Assembly: GCF_963921235.1 (NCBI RefSeq)
Contig: NC_086108.1
Span: 5,146,001-5,210,000, forward strand
Reading direction: 5' to 3'
Source of the DNA: Mobula hypostoma
Lineage: Eukaryota
Length of the DNA: 64,000 bases
Shown here: positions 51,360 to 61,865 of the stretch, piece by piece
Position numbering within the stretch: position 1 is the first letter of the stretch
Layout: each line of letters begins with the position of its first letter
Translations under genes and position numbers: made by a program
Notes under the pieces: model-generated
Told to the model about the DNA's origin: nothing
Database searches by the model: none
What the model saw: only the letters and a program-made list of their open reading frames with translations

Positions 51360-54290
51360 GCAACACACACAAAATACCGGAGGAACTCGGCAGGTCAGAG
51401 AGCGTCTGTGGAGAGGAATAAACATTTGACGTTTTTGAACCGAGACCCTTCATCAGGACTTGAGAAAAAGGGGGTAGAAGCCAGAATAAGAAGGTGGTCG
51501 AAAGGGAGGGGGGAGGAGTACAAGGAGGCAGGTGATAGGTGAGACCAGGTGAGGGGGAAGATGGGTGGGTGGGGCATGGTGTGAAGCTGGGAGTCGATAG
51601 GTGAAAAAGGTAAAGGGCTGAAGAAGGAATCTGATAGGAGGTGGCAGTGGACTATGGGAGGAAGAGGGGAACTAGAGAGAGCGATGGGCTGGTGAGAAGA
51701 GAAAGGGGTGTGAAACTACTGGAAGTTAGAGAGATTGGTGTTCATGCCATCTAGTTGGAGGCTACCCAGATACAATGTGAGATGTTGCTCCTCCAACCTG
51801 AGGGTGGCCTTGTCATCACCATAGACGTGTTAGAGTGGGAGCGGGAAGTAGAATTAAAATGGATGGCCTCTAGGGAAGCCTGCCACTTGTGGCGATGGAG
51901 CAAAAGTGCTCAACAAGGCAGTCTCCCAATCTACGTTGGGTCTCATCGATGTAGAAGTGGTCGCACTGGGAGCACTGGATACAGTAGATGACCCCGACAG
52001 ACTCGCAGGTGAAGAGTCGCCTCACCTGGAAGGAACATTTGGGACCCTGAGTGTGGGTGAGGGAGGAGGTGAATGGGCAGGTGTAGCATGTCTGTCACTT
52101 GCAGGGAGATTAGTGGGGAGGAACAAGTGGACAAAGAAATCACAGAGGAAGTAATCCCTGTGGAAAGCGGAGAGTGAGGGGTGGGGTGGGAGGGAAAAAT
52201 GTGTTTGATGGTAGGATCCCATTGAAGATGGCAGAAGCTATGAAGAATGATGCACAGGTTTGTGGTAAGGACAAGGACAATTCTATCTCTGTTATGGTGG
52301 CAGGAAGATGGAGTGAGGGTGGATGTCTGGGAAATGGAGGAGATGTGGGTGATGGCAGCTTCAGTGGTGGAGGAAGGGAAACCCCGTTCTTTGAAGAAGA
52401 TGAACATCTATGATGCCTTGGAAAGCCTCATGCATTGGAGATGAAGGAACTGAGAAAAGAAATGGGATTTTTACAAGAGGCAGGGTAGGAAGAGGTATAG
52501 TCAAGATAGCTGTGGAAATTGGTAGGTTTAGAAAAGATACTGGTAGACAACTTGTCTCCAGAGATGGAGGCAGAGAGATTGACAAAAGGACCAAGTGAAT
52601 TTAAGGCCAGGGAGAAAGCTGGGGGAAATGTTGGTGAAATTGATGGGTGCATGAAGCAGCACCAATGCAGACGTCAGTGTAACAGAGGAAAAGTTGGTGA
52701 GCCTCACCAGGGAAGGCTTGCAAGGCTTATTCTACATAGCCAATGAAAAGGCAGGCATAGCTGGGCCCATTGATTGCCCATGGCCACCCCTTGAATGTGG
52801 GAGGAGACGAAAGAGAAATTATTGAGGGTGAGGATCACTCCTGCCAGATGGACGAGGGTGGTGATAGAGGGTGGTTGCATCTGTTTAGAAAAAAAGCAGA
52901 GAGCTTTAAGGCCTTCCTGATGGGGGATAGAAGTATATAGGGACTGGACATCCATGGTGAAAATGAGGCAGTCAGGACTAGGGAATTGAAGAGATCACAA
53001 GTATGTGAAGTGTCACTGTCACCGTCTGGTCCGTGAAGCCCGCATTCCGGTTCACGGTCCGGTCTGTGGATTTCGTATTCCGGCTATTCCTTTTATCCCT
53101 TGTTCCATTGGGCGCCTTAATTGAGGCGCCTGATTCTCGTTTCGGGCTGGACCGTTCTGTAATAAGAGGGTGATGGAAGTGGACCCAAATGCAAGACACA
53201 GTCACTGAAGTACTAGGAGCTGGACTATGCTTATTAAGAATGCTAGGGAAGCCAAGGAGTGAGGACAAAGTGATAACACGAAGGTAGACGAAGAATGACA
53301 CACCGGGAATCCTGGACTTCGACTTGGGACGAGAACTTGACAAGGGAACTCAGGTCATGACTCGGGACTCAGGTCTTGGCAGGGACTCTGTATCTGGGTC
53401 TAGACTTGGCTCTTGACTAGAACTAGGACTTGGCTTGGACTGGACTCGGACTAGGCTTGGACTTGACTCTTGGATTGGACTAGGCTCAGACTGGACTTAG
53501 ACACAGGACACGGAACACTGAGCCGGGGCTCCTCCTTGGACACGGGACATGAAGAGACAGTTCCCAACTCAGAGTAGCGGCGAAACGGCTGGACTGTCCT
53601 CGGCAGTAACCTCATCAGTAACTTCGTTGGTAACTTCGTCTCCACTGGGTAGGTCTGGCCGTTTTGCTGCTACCCTGAGTGGGGAATTGACTCTTCGTGT
53701 TCTCATCTCCACTGAGTAGGACCGGCCAGTTCGCAGCTAATCTTGAATTGGGAACTGTCTCTTCATGTCCTGTGTCCAAGGAGGAGCCCCGGCTCAGTGT
53801 TCCGTGTCCTGTGTCTAAGTCCAGAATGAGCCTAGTCCAAGTCAAGAGTCAAGTCCAAGCCTAGTCCGAGTTAAGTCTAAGCCAAGTCTAGACCCAGATA
53901 CCGAGTCCCTGCCAAGACCTGAGTCCCGAGTCATGACCTGAGTTCTCTGTCAAGTTCTCGTCCCAAGTCCAAGTCCAGGTTTTCCGGTTTGTCTCTCTTC
54001 GTCTACCTTCGTGTTATCACTTTGTCCTTGCTCCTTGGCTTCCCTAGCATTCTTAATAAACATAGTCCAGTTCCTAGTACTTCAGTGACTGTGTCTTGCA
54101 TTTGGGTCCACTTCCATCACCCCCGTATGACAGTCACAGATGTCAGTGGGAAGGGACTGAAGCAAGGGGGACAAAATGGAGACAAGATATGCAGGCACAA
54201 TCAGTAGGACAGGAGCATGCAGAAACAATGGGCCTACCCAGACAGTCAGAGGTTTGTGGATCTTGGGTAGGAGGTAGTGTGGTGTAAGAG
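51360..54290 (-). mobile_element. Decayed Penelope-like element (RT + GIY-YIG endonuclease + terminal repeat)
   Basis: Minus-strand YLLPKIHKP (~54260), MDVQSLYTSIPHQEG...LTLNNFSF...GVAMG (52704..52955), FFKERGFP, and FTCESVGVIYCIQCSQCDHFYIDETQRRLGDCLVEH (~51905-52015). A degenerate hammerhead lies at 51424-51460. Confidence 0.92.
53017..54132. mobile_element. Solo-LTR-derived insertion with a long internal inverted repeat
   Basis: TGTCA...TGACA termini and a 5-bp TSD GTCAC (53012-53016 / 54133-54137). Arms at about 53158-53570 and 53743-54132. Confidence 0.88.
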
Positions 54291-54309
54291 AACTATGAGG
54301 TGATAGCAG

Positions 54310-54715
54310 TCTCTCTCTCACGCTCTCTCTCTCTGTCTTGTTCCTTCCCTCTCTATTGTCCATCCCCTTCCTCTCTATCTCACTGTGTCCCTTTGTCTCT
54401 CCGTTTCTCTTTCTCTCTCTCCCTCTCTCCCTCCCATTCTGTCTGTATAGTTATCTGTCTATCTCTTTCTCTCTGTCTTATTCCTTCCTCCTCCATCGTC
54501 CCTTCCGTCCCCGTCTCATTTTTATATCTCTCCCTGTTCTCTATCCATCTGTCTGTCATTGTCTCTCTTTCTCCCTCTTGTTCCTTCCCCCTCTATAGTC
54601 CCATCCCCCCATCTCCCTTGCTCGTTCCTTCCCCCACCGTCCTATCCCCCTCTCTCTTTCTTTTCCTTTTCCCTCTATCATTACTTTCCCCCCCCCCTCT
54701 TATTCTGCCCCCGCA
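54310..54715 (+). repeat. CT-rich low-complexity tract
   Basis: About 400 bp of degenerate (CT)n. Confidence 0.9.
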
Positions 54716-54719
54716 CCCA

Positions 54720-55575
54720 TTGTGCGTGGCTCTGGGAGTCGCACCACAAGAAGGATCTGGAGGCTTTTGAAGCTTGGAGAGTGTACAGAAGAGATGCTGG
54801 CTGGATTAAAGGGTATCATCTTTAAAGAGAAACTTGGGTTTTCTCTGGAACAGCAGTGGCTGAACGGAGACCTGATGGAAGTTTATACAATTACGAGGGA
54901 CTCACATAGAGTTGACGGTCAGGATCCTTTCCCCAGGTAGAAATGTTCATTTTATAGAGTGCAGAATACACCCTTCCAGCCATTCGAGTCGACTGCTCAG
55001 CAACCCCAATTTAACCTTAACCCAATCACAGGAAAATTTAAAATCACCAATTAAACTACTAACTGGTATGTCTTTGGACTGTGGGAGGAAACCCACACAT
55101 TCCACAGGGACATGGGATTCCCAATCTTTTTATGCCGACTGATACCATTAAGCAAGGAGCCCAGGCTGGGAACCCCTGCACGGGGAGGGCATAAAGATTC
55201 CTCACAGATGACGTCAGATTTGAACTTCGAACTCCGACGCCTCGAGCCCTACTAGCATCACAGCGACCGCCATGCTACCGTGGCACTGACAGGGCAGTGC
55301 TTTAAGGTGAGGAGGGAAGGTTTAAAGGAGAGGTGCAGGGCAAGTTTTTCCACCCAGAGGGTGGTGAGTGACTGGAACATCCTATGAAGGTTAGTCATCG
55401 GAACAGATATGACAGGGATGTTGAAGAGACTTTCAGATTAGCACACAAATATATGGGGAATGGAGAAAGATGGATTGCATGCAGGCAGAAGGATTAGTAC
55501 ATTTTGGTGTCATGTTTGGCACAGATGTCATGGATCAGACAGCCTGTTCCTGTGCTGTGCTGTTGTACGTTCTAT
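54720..55575 (+). mobile_element. Old CR1 3' fragment interrupted by an antisense SINE (~54950-55285)
   Basis: KLGFSLEQQWLNGDLMEVY...DGQDPFPR, resuming with TTTAAGGTGAG...CACCCAGAGGGTGGTGAGTG. SINE core ATGTCTTTGGACTGTGGGAGGAAACC. Confidence 0.75.
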
Positions 55576-55597
55576 ATTCTCTCTCTATCTCTCACTC

Positions 55598-55631
<34 letters not shown>

Positions 55632-55805
55632 TGTCTGATTTCCTCCTCCCTCTTTCTCTCTACCCTCTCTTCCCTAGTCTCTCCATTTCTCTCTCTCTCC
55701 TCCTACCTGTCTCTCTCTCCCCTTCTCCATCTCCCCCCGCTCTCTCTCTCTCCCCTTGTCTCTTTTTCTCTCCCGCCTCTCTTTCTGTCTCCCGTTCTGG
55801 TTTCT
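55575..55805 (+). repeat. (CT)n/(CA)n low-complexity tract
   Basis: Visible directly in the sequence. Confidence 0.9.
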
Positions 55806-55818
55806 CCTTCCACCTCAC

Positions 55819-55973
55819 CAGTAGCTTTGTGTCCCTCAGTGGAATTAGCTGGTTTTTCAGACTGCTTGAAGCTTCTGTTGGGCAAATTGTGGATGAAATG
55901 AAGACCCACCTCAGTGCCTTGCTGTCATCTGAAACTGAGGTATCCAGGAGGCACATCTCCAAACTGAGATACC
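55819..55973 (-). other. Candidate 155-nt spliced exon of an unknown transcript
   Basis: Minus strand: CTGAC-TTGTTTTTCTGCTTCAG|GG acceptor and CTG|GTGAGG donor. One frame is open throughout (YLSLEMCLLDTSV...PLRDTKLL). No homology recognised. Confidence 0.3.
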
Positions 55974-56459
55974 CTGAAGCAGAAAAACAAGTCAGACCCT
56001 AGTTATGCACTCACCTCTGATACTTCTGACTGATGCATTAATCTCCTGTAGTTTCTGGTGAGTACTTAACTTTCTGAGGACCTGCTTCAGTTTACCCGGT
56101 CAGATTTGAAACTCTGAAACAGGCAGACTAATTTACCAAGCTGATGATTCATGAAGAAAATAAATCCAATTTTGTTGAGCTTTGAAATAGTTTCACCAGC
56201 CATTGTCCATTCACATTCACATTATTCAAATTCCTGACAACCCTTGATCACTTGCTTTAATTTTTCCAGATTCAAATGTTCCCTGCTTCTCTGGGATCCA
56301 TAAAAATCCTGTCAACCATCAATCATTAGGCTCCTGAACCAAAGGGGATAACTTTACTCAATTACATTCACCCCATCACTGAATTGTTCCTGTTCCGGCA
56401 GATTTTGGAGATACAACATAGCAAATATTAATTCAACACCAACCAGCCTTCAGATCTGA

Positions 56460-56672
56460 GCACAAACAAGAGAAAATCTGTAGATGCTGTAAATCCAAGC
56501 AACACACACAAAATGCTGGAGGAACTCAGCAGGCCAGGCAGCATCTATAGAAAAAAGGTACAGTCAACATTTCGGGCCAACTCAGTCCTGCCAAAGGGTT
56601 TCGGCCCAAAACATGGACTGTACATTTTTCCATGGATGCTGCCTGAGTTCCTCAAGCATTTTGTGCGTGTTG
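56460..56672. mobile_element. Short palindromic PLE-derived element
   Basis: Inverted arms AGCAACACACACAAAATGCTGGAGGAACTCAG / CTGAGTTCCTCAAGCATTTTGTGCGTGTTGCT. TSD CTTCAGATCTGA at 56448-56459 and 56673-56684. Confidence 0.88.
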
Positions 56673-57084
56673 CTTCAGATCTGAATATGGATTGTAGATT
56701 GAATTTAAAACACAGCTTGGAACAGTAAATTGCAGACTAGGAAATACCCTATTAACTGATATATGTCTGCATATGCATGAACGCAATTGACACCCACTTT
56801 GCATGAACACAACCCAGAGATGGCAGCACCTGGAGTAAGTTGCAGACCAGGAGACATCTAAGTGACTGAGATGTCTGCATATGCATGAATGCAATCAACT
56901 CCCCAGTGCATGAATACGACTCAGAGATCATAGTAATTAACACTTATTTTGGGTGTGTTGATGGGAAGTCCCAGGAATTTGAAAATTACATGTAACTCTG
57001 AAGACCTTGATATTTTTTCTTATTAATTTATTATGCTTATTTATTTTTTCTTTATTTTGGTATATATAATAATATAGAAACATA

Positions 57085-57460
57085 TAAAATTATGAAAAGG
57101 ATAGATAAGATAGAGGCAGGACAGTTGTTTCCACTGGTAGGTGAGACTAGAGCTTGGGGACATAGCCTCAAGATTTGGGGGAGCAGATTTAGGATGGAGA
57201 TGAGGAGGAACTATTTTTCCCAGAGAGTGGAGAATCTGTGGAATTCTCTGCCTAATGAAGCAGTGGATGCTACCTCAGTAAATATATTTAAGACAAGGTT
57301 GGATAGATTTTTGCATAGTAGGGGAATTAAGGGTTGTGGGGAAAAGGCAGGTAGGTGGAGATGAGTCCATGGTCAGATCAGCCATGATCTTATTGAACGG
57401 CAGAGCAGGCTCGACGGGCCAGATGGCCGACTCCTGCTCCTATTTCTAATGTTCTTCTGT
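57085..57460 (+). mobile_element. CR1 3' end fragment
   Basis: ORF 57092..57364 LFPLVGETRAWGHSLKI...FSQRVENLWNSLP...FKTRLDRFL, followed by the CR1 3' UTR. Confidence 0.92.
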
Positions 57461-57602
57461 CTTCCCATGCTCTCTTTTTGCTACTACCATCAGGCAGGAG
57501 GTACAGGAGCCTCAGGGTCCTCAACAACAGGTTCAGGAACAGTTACTATCCTAACAACTATCAGGCTGCTGAACCAGCATGGATAACTTCACTCACCTCA
57601 AC

Positions 57603-58345
57603 TGTTAGGTAACAGGCAACAATGAATATCAATTGAGGCAGGTTATATAAAAACAACCAAACATTTATTAAACACGGATAAACAATGAAAAAAACAAACG
57701 AAAACCTTAACCAGAAGTTAATCGCTAATGCAGCCGTTCAACAAATCGTCACTCGGCACTAGTTCTTAACGTGTTAAATGCGAAAACAGTTCTTAAAGTG
57801 GTGAAGTCAGATATAGTTATTAAAATGGTAAATTCGAAAGTCCAACAGATTTATACGTTCAATTGGGGGAGACTTCTCTGGAGAAGGATTCCTTCATAGA
57901 CGCGACTTTCCTGCTGGTTCTGTCCAAAGGATTCACGATGCCGGAAATAAACAGTTTAAAACAACTGACCTTAAGTTTTTCTAGAGAGCAAATCCTGCAT
58001 GAACTCCTTGCTCTTTTGGCAAGAGTTATCTTCGATGCAGGTCACTACTCCTTCAATGAAGACTCAATAAGGTCGATCCTTTGTTAAAGTGCCGAACGAT
58101 ACCAACTCCTCTCAATCCTTTGGGTCCTGTACTTCGATAAGTCTTTACTCTCCCGTACCACTGCTGGAATAAGGTACATCAACACATCTAGCAAAAATTG
58201 CCAGTCCAGCACTATTGTACCTTGCAACAGAACGTAACAACAGTTTTAAAAATGAAACTGCGTCATAAAAAACAAATACGCAGCAGAAACGGAGACACAG
58301 TACATTCTAGCTGGAAATCTAAAAACTAAAAATCGAGATGGACAC
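57603..58345 (-). mobile_element. Probable LTR-like insertion
   Basis: Starts abruptly with TGTTAG inside a Rex1-like tail and has TTTATT (minus-strand polyA-type signal) near that end. No TSD was found. Confidence 0.4.
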
Positions 58346-58369
58346 TACGGAGGTTCTGGCGCAGGCAAA

Positions 58370-58680
58370 CACAAAGCAGGTGCAAGCCTTTTTAGAAGTG
58401 TGGTTCTCTTCTGATAACTCCGTAAACAAAATATCGGAATAGATACCATCTATCAACCCTAAGAGCCAAAGAAACCTGAGCCAATAGAATTCAAAGGTCA
58501 CCTGAAGGGGGCAGCCAATCAGGACTAAGACAAGTGAATGGTGGGGTGGGGGTGGGCTATATAAATGCGAGCACTTCCAGAGAGAAACACCAACAACTGC
58601 ATTCTGAGGATGTCTCCTTGATCGGTGATGAACTGTCCGTAAGCTAATTGCCAAGCTCAGCGCACACCACAACATCAGTC
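58370..58680 (+). mobile_element. 3' end of a second Penelope-like family with a degenerate hammerhead
   Basis: FLEVWFSSDNSVNK...DTIYQP resembles a PLE endonuclease C-terminus. CTGAGGA-TGTCTCC TTGATC GGTGAT-GAACTGTC at 58604-58637. Confidence 0.6.
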
Positions 58681-58941
58681 TCCTCATTCTCACGGTGAAA
58701 CTCATCGGCCAATCAAAACAATAGTACGTGCAGCGAGCGTAACTCGGTGCTTGATGCTGGCCCAAGTGCAGAGGGAGAAACAAGGACACGGAATGAACAA
58801 TTCACTGAGCTTTCATGAGAACTGTACGGACTGAGAGGAAAATAACAAACACTAAGGCCAACAAGACTGCTAACTAAAACTCTCAAACACTACAGCTCGG
58901 GACAGTGCTCCTTTACAGTGTTAATCTAAACTGAAATCTTC

Positions 58942-59120
58942 ACAAACAAGACAAAATCTGCAGATGCTGGAAATGCTGGAGGAACTCAGCAGGCCAGGCA
59001 GCATCTGTGGAAAAACATACAGGAGTCCTGCCAAAGGGTTCCAGCCCGGAAGGTCGACTGTATTTTTTTTTCCATAGATGCTGCCTGGTCTGCTGAGTTC
59101 CTCTAGCATGTTGTGTGTGT
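58942..59120. mobile_element. Short palindromic PLE-derived element
   Basis: Same family as 56460. TSD TAAACT(GA/AT)AATCTTC at 58927-58941 and 59121-59135. Confidence 0.88.
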
Positions 59121-59400
59121 TAAACTATAATCTTCTTTCCTGGAACATGGACTAAGGGATGTCCATTTAGAACTGAGATGAGGTTCACACTCACCTTCTC
59201 AAGGGTCACTTAGGGACAGTTGTTTGTTGGTTGTTTGTTCATCAGTCTTTGTTTGTGTATAGTTTTCCATAAGTTCTATTGCAATTCTTTATTTTCCTTT
59301 AAGTGCCTGCAAGAAAATGAATCTCAGCAGTAGATGGTGACATATACAAAGTGTGAAAATAAATTTACTTGGAACTTCACTTTCTCTATTTTACACAAAT

Positions 59401-59450
59401 ATCCCTCAGTGGGATTTGAACCCACAGCTCTCTGTCTCAGAGCACTGAGC
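59401..59450 (-). other. tRNA-like/SINE head fragment (Pol III B-box)
   Basis: Minus strand GTGGGTTCAAATCCCAC forms a T-arm hairpin. There is no full cloverleaf. Confidence 0.55.
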
Positions 59451-59838
59451 ATGTTCTGTGGATGCAGGCTGCTCATTATTCCCGTTTCCCAGTTCGGACT
59501 TCCACCTGCGGTACTGTGTGGAGCGCAGTCTTTCACTCCCCCTGGGTGTGTGTTCAAACCCACAGATCAGTCGGGTCGGGCTGGATTCCGGTTGGGTTGA
59601 GTTGTTCTCTGATCTTGACAATTTAGTTGCAAAGGTTTCACCGCCATGCAAGGAGGCATTGTTGGTGTGCTGTTCGATTGTGGTGTGTCCTCCGAATGCT
59701 TGGCCGTTTTATACTTTTCAAATGGTTGATTGGTCGTCATTTCAGAAACTCAGTTGTGATGTGGGGAGGAAATCTCGTTGCTGATTGGCTGTGTGGTGAA
59801 CTTTGTGCATTGTTGTCAGCATGTCTGTTTGCAGGATT

Positions 59839-60033
59839 ACAATGCTGGAGGAACTCAGCAGGCCAAGCAGTACCTATGGATAAAAAGTACAGTCAATGTT
59901 TCAGGCTGAAATCCTGCAGAAGGGTTTTGGCTCAAAATATCGACTGTACCTTTTTCCTGCCTGGCCTGCTGAGTTCCTCAGCATTTTGTGTGTGTTGCTC
60001 TGGATTTCCAGCATCTGCAGATTTTCTCTTGTT
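59839..60033. mobile_element. Short palindromic PLE-derived element, opposite orientation
   Basis: Same family. TSD TCTGTTT(G/A)CAGGATT at 59824-59838 and 60034-60048. Confidence 0.88.
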
Positions 60034-60309
60034 TCTGTTTACAGGATTGTTCACGGAAAACCACGCTTCTGGGAATTCTCTTGATTGCTGTGTGTTCCCT
60101 TATGTCATGACTGATGCCCAGTCGAATTTGTACCCCTCTCAATCTTCATGGGGAGAGATTACAGAGAGTCAGTCATGATGCTTAATGGTAGCCAGTTGAT
60201 GTTCATGGATCTGTGGGGATAGTTTTCTCCCAGTCTGGTTTGGTTCTTTTCACCTCTCCCTTGGTAACTGCTAACTGGTTGATTATTGTCACATGTACAG
60301 TGGAATAGC

Positions 60310-61112
60310 TTTGTTAGCTTAACACTTCACAGCAACAGCGATCTTGGTTCAATTCCTGCTGCTGTCTGTAAGGAGTTTGTGTGTTCTTGTTATGTATTTA
60401 ATACTGTACCTCAGAAATATTTGAGTAATCTTACGTATATAAGTTGGTTGATTTAAGCATTCTTGTTTGTTTGGTGTCTGGAATGTGGATGCAAAGAAGG
60501 AGGTGTGTGGAAAAACTATATGTAATTCAGAGGAAGCATTGTAGACACATTGTAACTATAGAATTGCCGTCCTGTCACCTTTGATCTTTAGAATATAAAA
60601 CGGCATGTAATATTGGGTCAGACAGTCTCTCTTCTTTCAAGAGTGTCTCAATATGATGCCTATTGCTCACTTTTATTGAATAAAACACTCCTATATCCAC
60701 TAGCTTTAGTATCTCTCCGGTGACTTTATGCATGTCACAACATTAATTACGGGTTATATCTAAAAATACGTTAATTACATGTGATACGTGAGTGCTTTGC
60801 TTAAAGTACAGATGAAGTTACACCCATATTTCAGACTCCTGAATTCTTCGGAATTAGTTTACTGTTTTGAAGTTATAAAAGTTAACAGTTCTCCCTATGA
60901 CCATGTAGCTTTCCTTTGGCTGCTCAGGTTTCCTCCCACAGTGATGGGTTAGGGTGAGTAAGTAGTGGGCAGGCTATGTTGGTGCCTGAGGCGTGGCGAC
61001 ACTTGTGGCCTCCCCGCAGCACACCCCTGCATTGTGTCGGTTGTTGACACAAATGACACATTTCACTGTAAGTTTTGATGTACGTGTGACAACTAAAGCT
61101 GATCTTGAAAGA
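60310..61112 (+). mobile_element. tRNA-SINE split by a solo LTR
   Basis: Head GGTTCAATTCC...CTGTCTGTAAGGAGTTTGT. The body resumes at 60888 with GTTCTCCCTATGACC. Confidence 0.82.
60388..60887. mobile_element. Solo LTR containing a second LTR-like piece (60475-60742)
   Basis: TGTTA...TAACA termini and a 5-bp TSD GTTCT (60383-60387 / 60888-60892). Confidence 0.82.
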
Positions 61113-61204
61113 TCATTTCATCGCATCAGTACGTCGAGGCAAGGCAAAGGGAAAAGCAATCACAGAATATGGAATAAAGTGTTGGAGAGAAAGTCCAGTG
61201 CAGG

Positions 61205-61865
61205 TCCCATTCCAATATTGATGACGTTCCAATGTCCGACACATTCCAATGTTGGTTCTGTTCCAAAGTCCAATCCTTTCTAATGTTGGACCCATTCTAA
61301 TGTCACATCTCAGCGGCCTGTGCGATCCATTCCAGTGTCAGTCCCACTCCAATGTCGATCCCGTTCCAATGTCTGACCCGTTTCAATGTCCGACCCATTC
61401 CAATATCCAATACATTCCAATATCTGACCCATTCCAATGTTGATCCCATTCTAATGTTGGTTCTGTTCCAATGTCTGACCCATTCCAATGTCGGTCCTAT
61501 TCCAATGTCATATCTCAGCGGCCTGAAGAACATCGAACCCATTCCAATGTCCAATCCCTTCTAATGTCTGAACCATTCCAATGTCCAACCTGTTCCAATA
61601 TCGGTCCCATTAAAATGTCTGATCCATTCCAATGTCGATTCCCATTCCAATGTCGATTCCCATTCCAATATCAATCCTGTTCCATTGTCGGTTCCATTCC
61701 AATGTGTGATCTGTTCCGATGTCCGACCCATTCTAACTTTGGACCCATTCCAATGTTAGACTTGTTCCAACGTCAGATCTGTTCAAATGCTGGACCCATT
61801 CCAATGTTGGATCTCATTTGCCTGAGGGACCCGTTCCAAAGTCAGACCTGTTCCAATGCTGGACT
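61205..61865 (+). repeat. Degenerate 17-18 bp minisatellite, unit ~CCCATTCCAATGTCGATT
   Basis: About 35 diverged units with a CCATTCCAATG core. Confidence 0.92.

Noticed and set aside
51424..51460. Functional hammerhead at the terminus of the autonomous PLE
   Set aside because: CUGAUGA is intact, but GAAA reads AAAA and stems I and II are disrupted. It is a remnant only.
35860..54290. Active autonomous retroelement, or a prokaryotic RT system (retron, DGR, group II intron)
   Set aside because: All RT fragments have CR1, L1, Rex1 or PLE signatures, and all are broken by stops, frameshifts or insertions.
54300..56002. Long Ser/Leu/Pro-rich ORFs (54300..54770, 55460..56002)
   Set aside because: They mostly read through CT microsatellites, which lack stop codons.
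59401..59450. Functional tRNA gene
   Set aside because: Only a T-arm/B-box is present. No D-arm or acceptor stem can be formed.
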